NCBI GenBank assembly: GCA_012862495.1
Contig: BLSG01000157.1
Coordinates: 41,514-105,513, forward strand
Reading direction: 5' to 3'
From: Thraustochytrium aureum
Taxonomy: Eukaryota
DNA length: 64,000 nt
A program made the translations under genes and the position numbers. Positions 45,618 to 57,768 of the stretch are shown one piece after another (position 1 is the stretch's first letter; each line of letters begins with the position of its first letter). The notes under the pieces were generated by a model. The model did no database searches, was not told the origin of the DNA, and saw only the letters and a list, made by a program, of their open reading frames with translations.

Positions 45618-48600
45618 ATGGGGTCGTGCAAGAGTAAGCGCAGCGGGGCCAAGGAGGCGGGAGCGCAGATACCCACCGCGCGCGTTGCGGCAATAGGTCA
45701 CGACCACGCGGACAATGTGGCGCAGAGTTTCGTGGATAACAAGATCACGACGTCACGGTACACGATCTACAACTTTGTCTGGCTCAACCTGCGCGAGCAG
45801 TTCCGGCGCATAGCCAACGTTTACTTCCTGATCATATCCATCCTGATGATTTTGGGATGGTACGCGCCCCGGCTGTTCCAGAGCTCGATCAACCCGTGGG
45901 GCACCGCGTCGACCCTGATCTTCGTTCTTGGCGTCACGATGGCCAAAGATGGCGCCGAGGACCGCAAGAGGCACCTTGCCGACAGAAGCGAGAACGCCTC
46001 GATCGTGCGCGTGCTGAGGAACGGCGAGCAGGTTCTGCTCGAGAAGCGCGAGGTCTCCGTGGGCGACTACGTGCTCGTGCAGAACCGGGAGCCGGTTCCC
46101 TGCCGACCTCATCTTGATGGCCTCTCGGACGAGCGCGGCCAGTGCTTTGNGGAGACGAGCGACATTGACGGGGAAACCAACCTCAAGATTCGCAGAGTGC
46201 CGCAGCCGCTACGCGACCACGGCATAGTGGATGTAGCCACCTTGCCGAGCCAGGGGTCGTTCGAGACAGAACTGCCCAACAAGAACATTCACAACTTTAG
46301 CGCAGCAGTTCGGCTCCCCGGAGTGCAGAGCCCGGCCGGGGTGGCCAACTTTCTGCTGCGCGGCTCTGTGCTCCGCAACACAAGCTGGATCGTCGGCCTC
46401 GTCGTCTACACCGGGGAAGACACCAAGATCATGCGGAACCGCGGAGAGGCCGTGTCGAAGCTCAGCAACGTCGAGTGCACCGTGAACCGGCTCATCGGGG
46501 TCGTCTTCCTGACCCAGCTGGTCCTCGTCGTCGTCTCTGTCGTGGTCAGCGCCATTCTCGAGTCCGAGCTGCCAGAGGGCGACCCGAACGCCGCTCTGCC
46601 GTATTGGCAGGGCAACTTTGGCGGAACCGCGCAGTTTATCCTCCCCACCTGGCTCGGCAACGTGTTCACGTTTTACATCCTGTACAGCAACTTTGTGCCA
46701 ATCAGCCTGTACGTGACCGTGGAGATGGTAAACCTAATCCAGGCCGCCTTCATCAATCTCGACGCCGACCTCTACCATGCCGAGTCGAACACTCGCGCCC
46801 TGTGCCGCAATTCGACGCTCTGCCAGGAGCTCGGCCAGGTCGAGTATGTGTTCAGCGACAAGACCGGGACGCTGACGTGCAACATGATGGAGTTCAAGCG
46901 CGCCAGTGTGAACGGCCACGTCTACGACGCCGCGTCTGCTGCGCGCGCTGTGGCCGCGCGCGACCCGCACGTATTGCGTTTCTTTCGCCTGCTCGCCGTC
47001 TGCCACACCGTTGTCCCGGACACCGAGGCGGAGAAGACGGTGATCGCCGGGGTTCCGTGCCCTGCCTATGAAGCCGAGTCTCCGGACGAGGCCGCTCTCG
47101 TGGAGGCCGCCGCCTGGGCCGGCCTAAGGTTCGTGGACCGCACCTCGGAGACGCTGCGGCTCGTCGAGTTTGCCAGCGACGCGCAGGAGACGCGCGAGTA
47201 CCGTATCCTTGCCGTCAACGAATTCAACAGCACGCGCAAACGCATGTCGGTTCTCGTCGAGGGACCCGACGGGCGCTGCGAGCTGCTCTGCAAGGGCGCG
47301 GATAATATCATGTTCGACATCTGCCGCAAGCCTCTCGAAGGCGAGCCCGCAGGCAGCGCAAACCACCCAGAGTCCATCGCTGCCGTGAACCAGCACCTGA
47401 CCGCGTTCGCAGAGGACGGCCTGCGCACCCTGGTTTGCGCAGGCCGCGAGGTTCTCGCTCACGAGCGCGACGCCTGGCTTGCCGAGTTTCGGGCCGCGGA
47501 GCTCTCTGTAGAGGGTCGCGCGGAGGCGATGGCCGCCGTGGCCGCGAAAATTGAGCGCGACCTGCAAGTTTTCGGCGCCTCGGCCATCGAGGACCGGCTT
47601 CAGGACGAGGTTCCCGCGACGCTCGAGAGCCTCAAGAAGGCGGGGATCAAGGTCTGGGTGCTCACTGGCGACAAGCTGGAAACCGCCGTCAACATCGGCT
47701 ACAGCTGCCGCCTGCTGAACAGCGGCATGCGCGTCGTCACCATCGCAACGGAGACCAAGCGGGAGGCCGCAGAGCAGCTCTTGCGCCTGGAGAACGTCCT
47801 CGCCATCTCAGAGGACAAGCGGCTCTTGAGCCGCTTCCGAGAACGGGTCAACCTCATGCGAAAGGCGGTAAAGCGGGCCATCCCCGCCTCGCTCTCGCGC
47901 AAGCGATCTGATTCCACCGCCAGCGAGGCTTCGAGCGAGGAGGACCCTGCCGAGGCGCGCCTCAAGGCCTCCGCCTCGCGCCTGGCAGATAACCTGGTGG
48001 CGAGTTCGCAGAGAGGAGGGACCTTGCACCAAACCACAAAGCGCGGAGCCATCTCTCGCTCGCCCTCCGACGAGGATGCTCTGTCAGCAGGCGACGACAG
48101 CGCTGACCTCGAGTCGGGCCTCGGGGGTGGCCCAGACAAGGCAACGCCCCCCGCTGCCTCGTTTGCTTTGACAGGTGAAGACGACTCTGGAGTGCCTGCG
48201 AGGCAGTGGGTCTACGAATCCACTGCGCCTTACATGCAGAGCAGCGAGGAGGTCGCCACAACCGACCACCTCGCACTCGTGGTGGACGGCAAGACTCTCT
48301 CCTTCATCATGGACGACCCGAGGCTCCGCAAGGCGCTCTTGCACGTCGGTCGCGTGTGCAAGGCCGTGATTGCGTGCCGCGTCAGCCCGTCGCAAAAAGG
48401 CCGAGATCGTCTCGCTCGTCAAGGACGGCGTGCCCGGCAAGCCGATCACCCTTGCCATCGGCGACGGGGCCAACGACGTGACCATGATCCAGCGCGCTCA
48501 TCTGGGCATCGGCATCTCTGGACGCGAGGGCAAGGCCGCGGTCAACAGCTCCGACTTTGCGATTGCGCAGTTTCGCTTCCTGAAAAAGCTACTCCTCGTG

Positions 48601-49494
48601 CACGGACGCAACAACTACCGACGCATGAGCAAGGTCATCTTGGCCTGCTTTTACAAGAACATCATGCTGGTCTTTTCGGTGTTCATCTTCAGCTTCTGGA
48701 CGCTCATGACCGGGACCTCACCGTACGACTCGTGGATTTACTCGGGGTTCAACTGGTTCACGGGCATGCCGCCCGTGCTCATCGGCGCCTTTGACTCTGA
48801 CCTTTCGGCGGAGATCTTGCTCGCGCTGCCTGTGCTGTACACGTCTGCGCGCCGCGGCGACTACCTGAATCGCACCGAGATCCTGCAATGGATCGCGCGG
48901 GCGGCCCTGCACGGTATTGTCTGCGCGCTGCTGCCAATAGGGATTGGGCTCACCATGGGTATGCCAGACGATCTCTCCTCACTGTACGCGTTCGGGTCGG
49001 TCATGTTCACCGGGGTGCTCATGACCGTGATGCTGATCATCGGTCTCGAAACGGTCACGTGGAACGGGTTTCACTGGTTTTTCTTCCCAGGCAGCATCGC
49101 TCTCTACATGGTTGCCGTGGCGGCCCTGTCGGCAGTGCCTACCTACCAGTCGCTCGTTGGGGTCGCAAGCAAGCTGTTCTCGAACGCCATGTTCTGGGCG
49201 CTCGCGGTCTTCCTGATCCCGCTCACCAACTACACCCTCGAGCTCCTGTTCAAGCTGGCCCGCACCGAGGCTCGCCCCACGCTGGTCGACCTGGCGAGGG
49301 AAGTCGAACTTGGCAAGTCGGCCCTTTCCCGAAAGGCGTTTATCGACCTCGTTGCCCAGGCACCGCTTCGCACGGTCAAGACCGGGGACATCGAGGACGT
49401 CATGGCCAGCACCTACTCGGACCGGGACTCGAGGCGCACGCTGGCCCCGCGAGTCGCTCGCAGCGCGTCGAGCGCCATTCTTGCTGCCGAGTAG
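45618..49494 (+). CDS. P4-type ATPase phospholipid flippase; frameshift near 48396
   Basis: Contains NKITTSRYT, DGETNLK, PISLYVTVE, FSDKTGTLT, ESPDEAALV, LTGDKLETA, GDGANDV and RFLKKLLLVHGR. Confidence 0.96.
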
Positions 49495-49638
49495 GCAGGC
49501 ATCATCCGCAATCCACCGCGACGTGAACCAATGCACGGCCAGCACAACTCTAGCAGGCTTGGCCTGCGTGTACAAAACAAAACTGATTGTCATACTCTTG
49601 CAATGTACCTCGTAACCTCGTGCATCTCTGCGGGTTGC

Positions 49639-50074
49639 TCATTCCTGCAGAGCGGCCTCTTTGCTCAGCACTGCATTCCGGCCAAAAGAAATCTTCGACG
49701 AGTTGATCGCGCTGGACTGCTCGATCAGCCTCGGCGTCAGCATCGTCTGAGTGGTCGTCTTGTTCTGCTGCGGGGGGAACTTGAATGCAATGCGGTCGAT
49801 GCGCGACCGGTTGCGCTGATTATTCCGTGGCACGATCGTGTTGTTGTACGGGTTGTCTGAGAGCTGTTGCCGAACGCGCTCTAGCTCGTTCCGCTTGTAG
49901 AAGAGCTCCTTCTCCATTCTCACGCGGCGCTTCGTCTCAGCGGCCTCCAGCTTGTCGCTGACCCTTTCTAGCTTTTTCATGCAGCTCGCGCCTCCGCGTT
50001 TCGAGCGTGCGCCGCCGCTCCTCGTCGCGCGCTTCCTCGCTCATGCCGTTGAGGACATAGTTGCCAAGTGGCAT
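49639..50074 (-). CDS. Small coiled-coil hypothetical protein; frameshift near 49975
   Basis: MPLGNYVLNGMSEEARDEERR joins across an A-run indel to KLERVSDKLEAAETKRR..SKEAALQE*. Confidence 0.5.
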
Positions 50075-51009
50075 CCTCGTGACGGTCTGTCGCGCGCGTC
50101 GCGTGCACGCTCGACTCGGGTCTGCTGCGACTCGTTCGCGTGCCAGTGGTGGTTTCACAAGGGAGTGCAAGGAAAAGGTCGAGTGCAAGCTGCGAACGAA
50201 CGGATCTATCCAGACTTCATGGACTCGGTGCGTGCTCCCGTCGCGGGGGCGTCGAGACGGCCCACAGCGCAGGCGTCAAGGGCTACCGAGCGTCTCTACT
50301 GCACTTGATGCGAGCGTACGGTGTCGAGCTGGCTGTTTCGGGGTTGGCGGATCGGCGTTTCCCGTTTGGTGGCGGCTGGTGCAGAAAACGCAAAAGTCCG
50401 CTCCGGCCTCCAGACCGCAGCGGCGGCCAGCCCAAGCAGCCGCGGCCAAGCTCTCCAAGGCGGCCTCGCGTCCCTAGCAGCGCTGGCGGCGCTGCTGTTG
50501 CTGGCCCTGCTGGTCGTGCAGGTGGTGGTCAGGCAGCTCGCTGCGCACGTTCACCGTGTAGCAGCAGCGCCTTGAATCGACCACGGCGCGCCTCGCTCCG
50601 CCCCGGTCGAGCGCGCAGCTCGTCGGCGCAGCCAGCAACGCGAATGCTCGGGGTGGGCGCCTGGCGATGGCCCGCAGCCAGCAACGCCAACCTGACATGA
50701 GACAGGTAGCAGATCTTTGCAAGACCAGCGAAGAGCAGATCTGTGTTCGCTGCTGCCGCCGCCTCGGCAGTCCTGCTTGCTTGCTGCGCTCGCGCGAGAG
50801 CAGCAGGAGCGGCGAGCTGGTCGGCCGGCCTCGCTCTGCGGCTCCCTGTACGGCGCCCTCTACGGCTTGTCCTCGGGCGAAGCGAAGCCGGCTCGAGCGA
50901 GCTGCCAAACAAACACCGGGCCAGCCTCGACCCCGGCGTGCCAACAGACGCGCCGCGGACTGGCCCAGCACGCGTGGACGCGGCGCTAGGTGTCGGTGAG
51001 CTCGGCAGG

Positions 51010-53455
51010 ATGGACGAGGCGGTGGCCTCGAGCGATGGGGCCTGTGAAAAGCTGCACGATGGGGACGGAGCGCAGAATAAAGCGGCTCGTGACGGCGACT
51101 CGCAGCAACTCGACAACGATCGGGCAGGACAGCAAGGGCAAGCCGAGACGCGAGACAAATTGACAGGCTTGGGCGCAGCTCCCGCCAGTGGGCTGGAGGA
51201 GAGCGCCCCGAGCGAGCGAGGCAGCCCGACTTTGAGCGATTCGTCCGCACCGGCTGCCCCAACCAACCCGCCAGCCCAAAAGCCCCTAGGGCCCGACACA
51301 GTGCTCGACTTGGCGAGAGCTGAGAATGAAACGCGCGGGCAAGCGAGTCTGAGTGCGGGTGAGAGTGTCGGCGAGGACGCAAAGAGCGACGCGGAGGAGG
51401 AGGAGGAGGGCAGCGAGTCGGAGCCATTAGAAATGCGCGAGGAAGGGGCGCCCGAAAGGGTCACGGTCAAGACCGTCGGGGGCGCGTTCGTAATTGGAAA
51501 CCCCGTCGCCCTTACTTTCGAAGAGCTCATCCTCGTCGCACACCAGCGGCCTCGGCTGCCGGAGTCGTCCACGCATTTAGGAGAAGGTCAGCACCCGCTT
51601 GAAGCTCAACGCCAAAACGGCTTGGAAGACGAGGATCGAGCTGACCGCGGCGCTGGAGTGCCAGTAGCAAAGCAGGAATGGTACCATCCTGACGGGTCCG
51701 CGCTCCGGCTCGGCCACAACGTCGCCATGAACCGGCGGCACCTCATGTACGATGTTTTCTTCTCCGGCCAGTCCATCGGGCTGACGCTCTCCTTCAAAGA
51801 GCATATTTACGTCCAGGCCCTGACGGGCGTCGCGGCGCAGCAGCTTGGTTTGATCAGCAAAGGCGACATCATCCTGAGTGCGTCTTGCGAAGCCGGCTGG
51901 ATCCGATGCAGCGGCAACCTCCAGGACCTGACCAGCTTTATTCGCGCAAACGGACGGCCGATCATCTTGCGCTTCTGGCGCCGCCCTGAGCCGCTCCAAC
52001 TTGGCTCGCTCCTAAAGTCGAATGCGCCTCTGGAGGTGTTCCTCAACTACCTGAACCGGTACATCGAGTCCTCCAATTACCGCGAAGTTGTCAAGAACGA
52101 GCGCACCTTGGAGCTCGAGCTTCGCAAGCTCGCAGCCTCTGAGAGGGGCCACGCGGAGAGACGCTCCAAATCTGACTCGCAGAAGACTCTGGCGGACGGC
52201 GACCTCACAGACGACGACGAAGAGGAGGAGGACGACGACCAGCAGCAGCAGCAGCTCCAGGCAGGGGCAGCGCTGCCAGGCCAAGATGGCGCGGGCAGCA
52301 CGGGAGGCCCCACCAAGCGGTTTCTGAACTCCCCAGTCGCCCAGGTCATGTTCCTCATTGAGGTGGTCAAGGTCAGGCAGCGCGCCAAAAGCGACGTGTT
52401 GCACCAGCAGTCCCAGCAACAGACGACCATGGCGAGGGCGCTCGGCGCCAAATACCTCATGAGGCGCACGTCGGACTTTAGCATCCACGGCGTATCAAGC
52501 GCGACTCCAGGACTGCTGTGGCACGTCAAGAGGTCGTCGAGACAGGGTCAATACAAGCGCTTGGCGTTCTGTACGACCATGTGCTCGACTTGGTTCGCAA
52601 CGACACGTTTGCGTTGTTCTTGCACGAGCGGGACGCCGAGACGGCACTTGAAAAATTGGGCGAGAAGAACGGCTGGAAGCTTCGCGTTTTCTCGCACATG
52701 GTGCGGTGTTACGTCCCGCTCGACATCCTGCTCGGCAACCGCCGGGCAGCGCACGCGTTCCTTTTGTATCTCGTGGCTTCTGGCCGCCCGGCGGAGACTG
52801 CGCTGCGCTACGTTGTGCTCCTGACGACGATGCGATTCGGGCGTGCGGGCCCCGGCGCCCTTTTCGCAAGCACAGCGGCTTGCCTCCCTGACCGCGAGGA
52901 CCTTATGTTGCGAGGTTATCGGGAGCCGACGGTGAATGAGGACGCGCTTTTGGAGCGCGTGCACACGCATGCGTCGGGGTTTCACCGCCAGTTCGTCACG
53001 CACCCCCTCGGCCGCCTCCTCATCGATGCCTTCAACAAGGCCGCCGCGCCGCTGCCAGCTGGGCGCAACGACGAGGCGCAGCTAGACGCGTTTCTGCCCC
53101 GCCTCTCCGTGATGTTGCAAACTGCCAACCTCCCAGACATGATCGTTTTGCACCGCGCCGTTGCGCGCCCGGCGAGCCTGGCCGACCTTGACGAGCCCGC
53201 TGCACCGCCCCCTTTCATCAAGTTCGCAGCCGTCCTGGAGTCGCTCCCTGGCACTGATCAAGTGGTGGTTCTACAAACACTCCCGGAAGGCGTTGGCGGA
53301 GCTCAGCCTGTTGTGCCTCCGCAACTTGGCCGGTTTTTCTTGCCACACGGCGCCGCTGCCGACGAGTGCGCGGACTCCTTTCCAGACCCGCTCGTGTTCA
53401 ACTTTCTCATGGGCGGCTCAACCTATGGAAGCTCGCTCGTCGTGTCACGTCCCTG
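51010..53455 (+). CDS. Large signalling protein with PDZ-like, possible RGS-like and uDENN-like regions; frameshift near 52520, 3' end in gap
   Basis: PDZ-like YDVFFSGQSIGLTL..GLISKGDIILS..GRPIILRFWR. uDENN-like PPQLGRFFLPHG..DPLVFNFLMGGSTYGSSL. Confidence 0.6.
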
Positions 53456-54249
53456 NNNNNNNNNNNNNNNNNNNNNNNNNNNNNNNNNNNNNNNNNNNNN
53501 NNNNNNNNNNNNNNNNNNNNNNNNNNNNNNNNNNNNNNNNNNNNNNNNNNNNNNNNNNNNNNNNNNNNNNNNNNNNNNNNNNNNNNNNNNNNNNNNNNNN
53601 NNNNNNNNNNNNNNNNNNNNNNNNNNNNNNNNNNNNNNNNNNNNNNNNNNNNNNNNNNNNNNNNNNNNNNNNNNNNNNNNNNNNNNNNNNNNNNNNNNNN
53701 NNNNNNNNNNNNNNNNNNNNNNNNNNNNNNNNNNNNNNNNNNNNNNNNNNNNNNNNNNNNNNNNNNNNNNNNNNNNNNNNNNNNNNNNNNNNNNNNNNNN
53801 NNNNNNNNNNNNNNNNNNNNNNNNNNNNNNNNNNNNNNNNNNNNNNNNNNNNNNNNNNNNNNNNNNNNNNNNNNNNNNNNNNNNNNNNNNNNNNNNNNNN
53901 NNNNNNNNNNNNNNNNNNNNNNNNNNNNNNNNNNNNNNNNNNNNNNNNNNNNNNNNNNNNNNNNNNNNNNNNNNNNNNNNNNNNNNNNNNNNNNNNNNNC
54001 GATGTACACCTCGTCCTTTCTCCTTGCGCCACTTTCGCAGTGATGTGCTCTGGTCTGCACGGACAGAAGACAAGTAAAGACGGTGTTTTTAGCTTTTAAG
54101 GTGCTCATTGGGCCGGTAGGTGCACTGCTGTGCGGGCAGGCCTGGGATCCGGAGAGAATGAAGCGCAAGAACGCGCAGACTTGTCGAGGCCTTGGTTCAA
54201 CGTGGCTGTCTCGCTTCCGGCGCCAAAGCGGCAACCTGTGCCAACAGAC

Positions 54250-57174
54250 CTAGCGAATCTGGAGGTCCGCCAGCTTGGCTTCGAGCGCAGCTGCAACAGC
54301 GACGTCGCCAGCGCTCGTCGACTCGGCGTTGGCTTCGCTGTCTGCGGCGCCAGCCTCGCCAGAAGATTCCCAAAGCGCAAGCCAACGCCTCGCCCAGGTC
54401 ATCTTGGCCTCGTCCCAATCTGCACCGCCGATCGACTCCTCAAGGCTTTCAAACCCCAGCTCCTCCAAGCAAAGTCGTCGGCCGGCCGCGGCCTGCAGAC
54501 GACTAGTATCATCAAGGCAGGCAGAGTCGTCGAGAAGAACGCGAGCGCGCAGGAGCTCGGCGAGACCATCAAGCACTGCACCGCGACGAACTGGTGACGC
54601 TCGAGCGCAGGCGACGAGGAGCTCGGCCGCGAGTCGCGACGCAGGCGCCTCGGCGGCTGGTTTGTCCATGGCAATGTAGTTGAGTAGCATGTCGCTCGCC
54701 ATGTCCGCGTTCTTCTGCAGGTGGTCCTTTACACTCGCAAACACGAGCTCGCTTACCGGTTCGTCAATGACCGTCCTCGCCGCATTAAAGGCCTCCGCAT
54801 CGCCCAGGTGCAGCGCTAGGCAGAGCAGCGCCCTGAACTGGGAAGCAAGGGAATGAAGGCGCCCTGTCGCAATAAAGTGCGCGTCAACCGCCGAACGGCC
54901 GCCTGAAGTTGAAACAAGCCCAGCCAGGGTACGTAGCACCTCCACGTGCGCGAGGCGGAGCGAGGCGTGGCCCTGGCTTGCTCGCACGAGCGCTGTCGGC
55001 GTCACTGCTTGACAAATCTCCGTGAAATGGGCGAGAACCCGGGCTTGCTTTGAGCCGCCCAACATCGAGTTGAGGATGACAAGGGCGCGGGCCCGTGCGT
55101 CCCATTGGGCTGCAGCGCTGCTCGCTTCGGTGCCTTGCTCGCCGGCAATAAGCGGAAGCAAGAGCGGCAGGTATGCGTCTGTGTCAACGTACCGACCGGC
55201 CATGTTTGCGCAGAGTTTCACCTTGTCGCCCACAACGGGGTCGCTGGCGAGCTGCACGAGGGTTTGCACCAGGCGGTGCAGCTCCATCGTGACCTTCTCC
55301 TCCGTGTACACAAGAGTCGAGAGGAGCAGCCCGATAGCGTGCTCCTTTGTAGTTGTTTTCCAGTCTCCCAGCTCGCGGAGGACGGTGAACAGGAAGCGCC
55401 GGCTGTGCTGGCGTACGTACAAGCGCGTTCCGAGCCCCGGCCGCTTGTGCCATGGCGCCGGAAGGGCCGACTCGTAGTTGGCACGGCCTTGCGCGCCGTC
55501 TACGCCGTACTGGCGCTTCTCGAGGATGTCGTCGCGGTGCTCGTCCTCGTACTGTTTACCAAGCTCGGCAAGCGTGGCCAAGCCCAAGCGCTGAGCAGCT
55601 TCGTTGGTGTCCGTCAGCGAGGAGAGCAGAAACGGCAAAAGCCGCGGGGCGTGGTCCCACCGGTCGAGCAAACTGGTCATCCAGGTTGCGATGACATTGT
55701 AGAAAGCGAGCCGTACAGATGCGTTGGGGTCCGTGACGACGTGCCCAAAGTAGTTGAGCCGCGTCTCGCCCTGATAGAACGCGCACAGGGGGATCACGTT
55801 GTCTTCACGAAAGCCAACGAGGTCTGCAATAGCCTCAGTGCCCCCGCCACGCTGCTTGTTATGAAAGGGGCAGGCGACAAGGGCGCCAACCGCCTCTAGC
55901 GCCGCGATGCGGACGCGGGCCTGCCTGTGACGAAGCGACGGCGCCAAGGACCGCGTCAGCGCTGTGCAGTAGTGATGCATAGTGTTTGCAAACTGCGGTT
56001 GCTCTGCAAGCTTGCGCAGCCAGCCAAGGCCCTCGATGCGCAGGCCGGGGAACGGATCCACCGCACAAGCGTGAAAGAACATGACCGCGTCGTGAAAGTA
56101 GGGCCCGAGCATCGAGTGCAGCCCCCTCGTCGTTAACGAGTCAACGACGGTGCCGAGCATGCGGCAGAGCAAGAGGCGCACCTCCTCCGAAGGCTCACGG
56201 ACGCTGTGCACGTACGTAACCCCTGCGTCAGGGAGAGGAACGGCNNNNNNNNNNNNNNNNNNNNNNNNNNNNNNNNNNNNNNNNNNNNNNNNNNNNNNNN
56301 NNNNNNNNNNNNNNNNNNNNNNNNNNNNNNNNNNNNNNNNNNNNNNNNNNNNNNNNNNNNNNNNNNNNNNNNNNNNNNNNNNNNNNNNNNNNNNNNNNNN
56401 NNNNNNNNNNNNNNNNNNNNNNNNNNNNNNNNNNNNNNNNNNNNNNNNNNNNNNNNNNNNNNNNNNNNNNNNNNNNNNNNNNNNNNNNNNNNNNNNNNNN
56501 NNNNNNNNNNNNNNNNNNNNNNNNNNNNNNNNNNNNNNNNNNNNNNNNNNNNNNNNNNNNNNNNNNNNNNNNNNNNNNAGAAGCATGACGGCCAGCTCGC
56601 GGCACTTTTCCGCTGGGTCTGCGAGACGCCGAAGTAGCGGTTTCTGCAGCTCGTGGAATGTAGTCTCGAGGGGGCCTTCCCGGAGCGCGCTCTTGCCGTC
56701 TTCAGAAAACAAAAGGCGGCCAAGGCGCTCAAGGGCGCGCTTTCGAGAACCCACGTCCTCTGTACTAATCAGGTTGATGTCGCGCTGAAGGACGCGGAGC
56801 ACTAGCTCAGGGCTCTCGAGAACGTGATTAGGAAGCTTCGCAGCACCTTCTGTGCTGGTCGACTCTTCCAGCTTTTCGGTGAGGTTGGCTTTCGCGCCGT
56901 CTTCGTCCTCTTCCATGCGTTCGTCAGTTGGGCTTGCGGCAGCGGGGTCGGGGCTACCCGGCTCTCGCTCGCACGAGGCTGCCTTGCGCTCGTCAAGCTG
57001 GCGCCTGCTCAAAATGTGCCCGTTCCCAGACCTTGGCGCGGCTTTCTTCTTCCCCTTCTTCCCCTTCCCTCCGCCCTTTACGGACACCGCGCGGCCGCTC
57101 AGAATGGCTTGCAGCTCTTTGTCGCGGCTCGTCTGTACTGTGGCTGTCCTTTCGGCAGTTTTCGCCTTGACCAT
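54250..57174 (-). CDS. DNAAF5: Dynein axonemal assembly factor 5 (HEATR2); internal gap
   Basis: HEAT repeats with KPLLRRLADPAEKCRELA, EPSEEVRL, LRHRQARVRIAAL, LLDRWDHAPRLLPFLLSSLTD and RPGLGTRLYV. Confidence 0.85.
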   Translation of the reverse strand: MVKAKTAERTATVQTSRDKELQAILSGRAVSVKGGGKGKKGKKKAAPRSGNGHILSRRQLDERKAASCEREPGSPDPAAASPTDERMEEDEDGAKANLTEKLEESTSTEGAAKLPNHVLESPELVLRVLQRDINLISTEDVGSRKRALERLGRLLFSEDGKSALREGPLETTFHELQKPLLRRLADPAEKCRELAVMLXXXXXXXXXXXXXXXXXXXXXXXXXXXXXXXXXXXXXXXXXXXXXXXXXXXXXXXXXXXXXXXXXXXXXXXXXXXXXXXXXXXXXXXXXXXXXXXXXXXXXXXXXXXXXXXXAVPLPDAGVTYVHSVREPSEEVRLLLCRMLGTVVDSLTTRGLHSMLGPYFHDAVMFFHACAVDPFPGLRIEGLGWLRKLAEQPQFANTMHHYCTALTRSLAPSLRHRQARVRIAALEAVGALVACPFHNKQRGGGTEAIADLVGFREDNVIPLCAFYQGETRLNYFGHVVTDPNASVRLAFYNVIATWMTSLLDRWDHAPRLLPFLLSSLTDTNEAAQRLGLATLAELGKQYEDEHRDDILEKRQYGVDGAQGRANYESALPAPWHKRPGLGTRLYVRQHSRRFLFTVLRELGDWKTTTKEHAIGLLLSTLVYTEEKVTMELHRLVQTLVQLASDPVVGDKVKLCANMAGRYVDTDAYLPLLLPLIAGEQGTEASSAAAQWDARARALVILNSMLGGSKQARVLAHFTEICQAVTPTALVRASQGHASLRLAHVEVLRTLAGLVSTSGGRSAVDAHFIATGRLHSLASQFRALLCLALHLGDAEAFNAARTVIDEPVSELVFASVKDHLQKNADMASDMLLNYIAMDKPAAEAPASRLAAELLVACARASPVRRGAVLDGLAELLRARVLLDDSACLDDTSRLQAAAGRRLCLEELGFESLEESIGGADWDEAKMTWARRWLALWESSGEAGAADSEANAESTSAGDVAVAAALEAKLADLQIR

Positions 57175-57768
57175 CTCCGCGCGGTCAGCGGCGCACAGCT
57201 CGGCCCACGCATCCGCGGCACGCGCCGCCGCCGCCGCTCGCACCTCCCGCCATCCCGTTGCAGCTCCGTCAGCCGAGGCGTCGCTGGCGAGTCTTGTCGT
57301 CTGGCGGGCTCAGATTCAGGATCGACGGCCGGATGGAGGCCCGAAATCCTTCGCAAAACTCAGCCGAGCGGCGCACAGGCCTCGACGCCCAGCCCACGCG
57401 CTAGTCCAGGCGCCTGTCCGTGTCGAAGGCCTCGACTACCTGCCTGCCTGCCTGCCTTGCGGAAGCGACGGGATGCGGGTCTGGTGGCGTGGTGTTTTTG
57501 GGACAGTTTCCGTTCGGGCTCACCGGAAAAAGCGGGTTGCTGGAGGGACGGCGGACTGTGCCTCCGCCGTGCTGGCGATTGACGGCTCTGCGCGTGGCGC
57601 AGCTCTGGTTGGCGCTGAGGATAAGGCGCTCACGGCGGCGGGCCTTCAAGGCCTACTAGTTTGTGTTGGTGTGCTTGGTTTGGATGTTTGGGTTTGGAGA
57701 CATTTTGCATGGAGGTTGTGTGGAGTGCTTGTGCGTCGGCTCAGGCATGCTGCGCCAGGCGTGCCATT

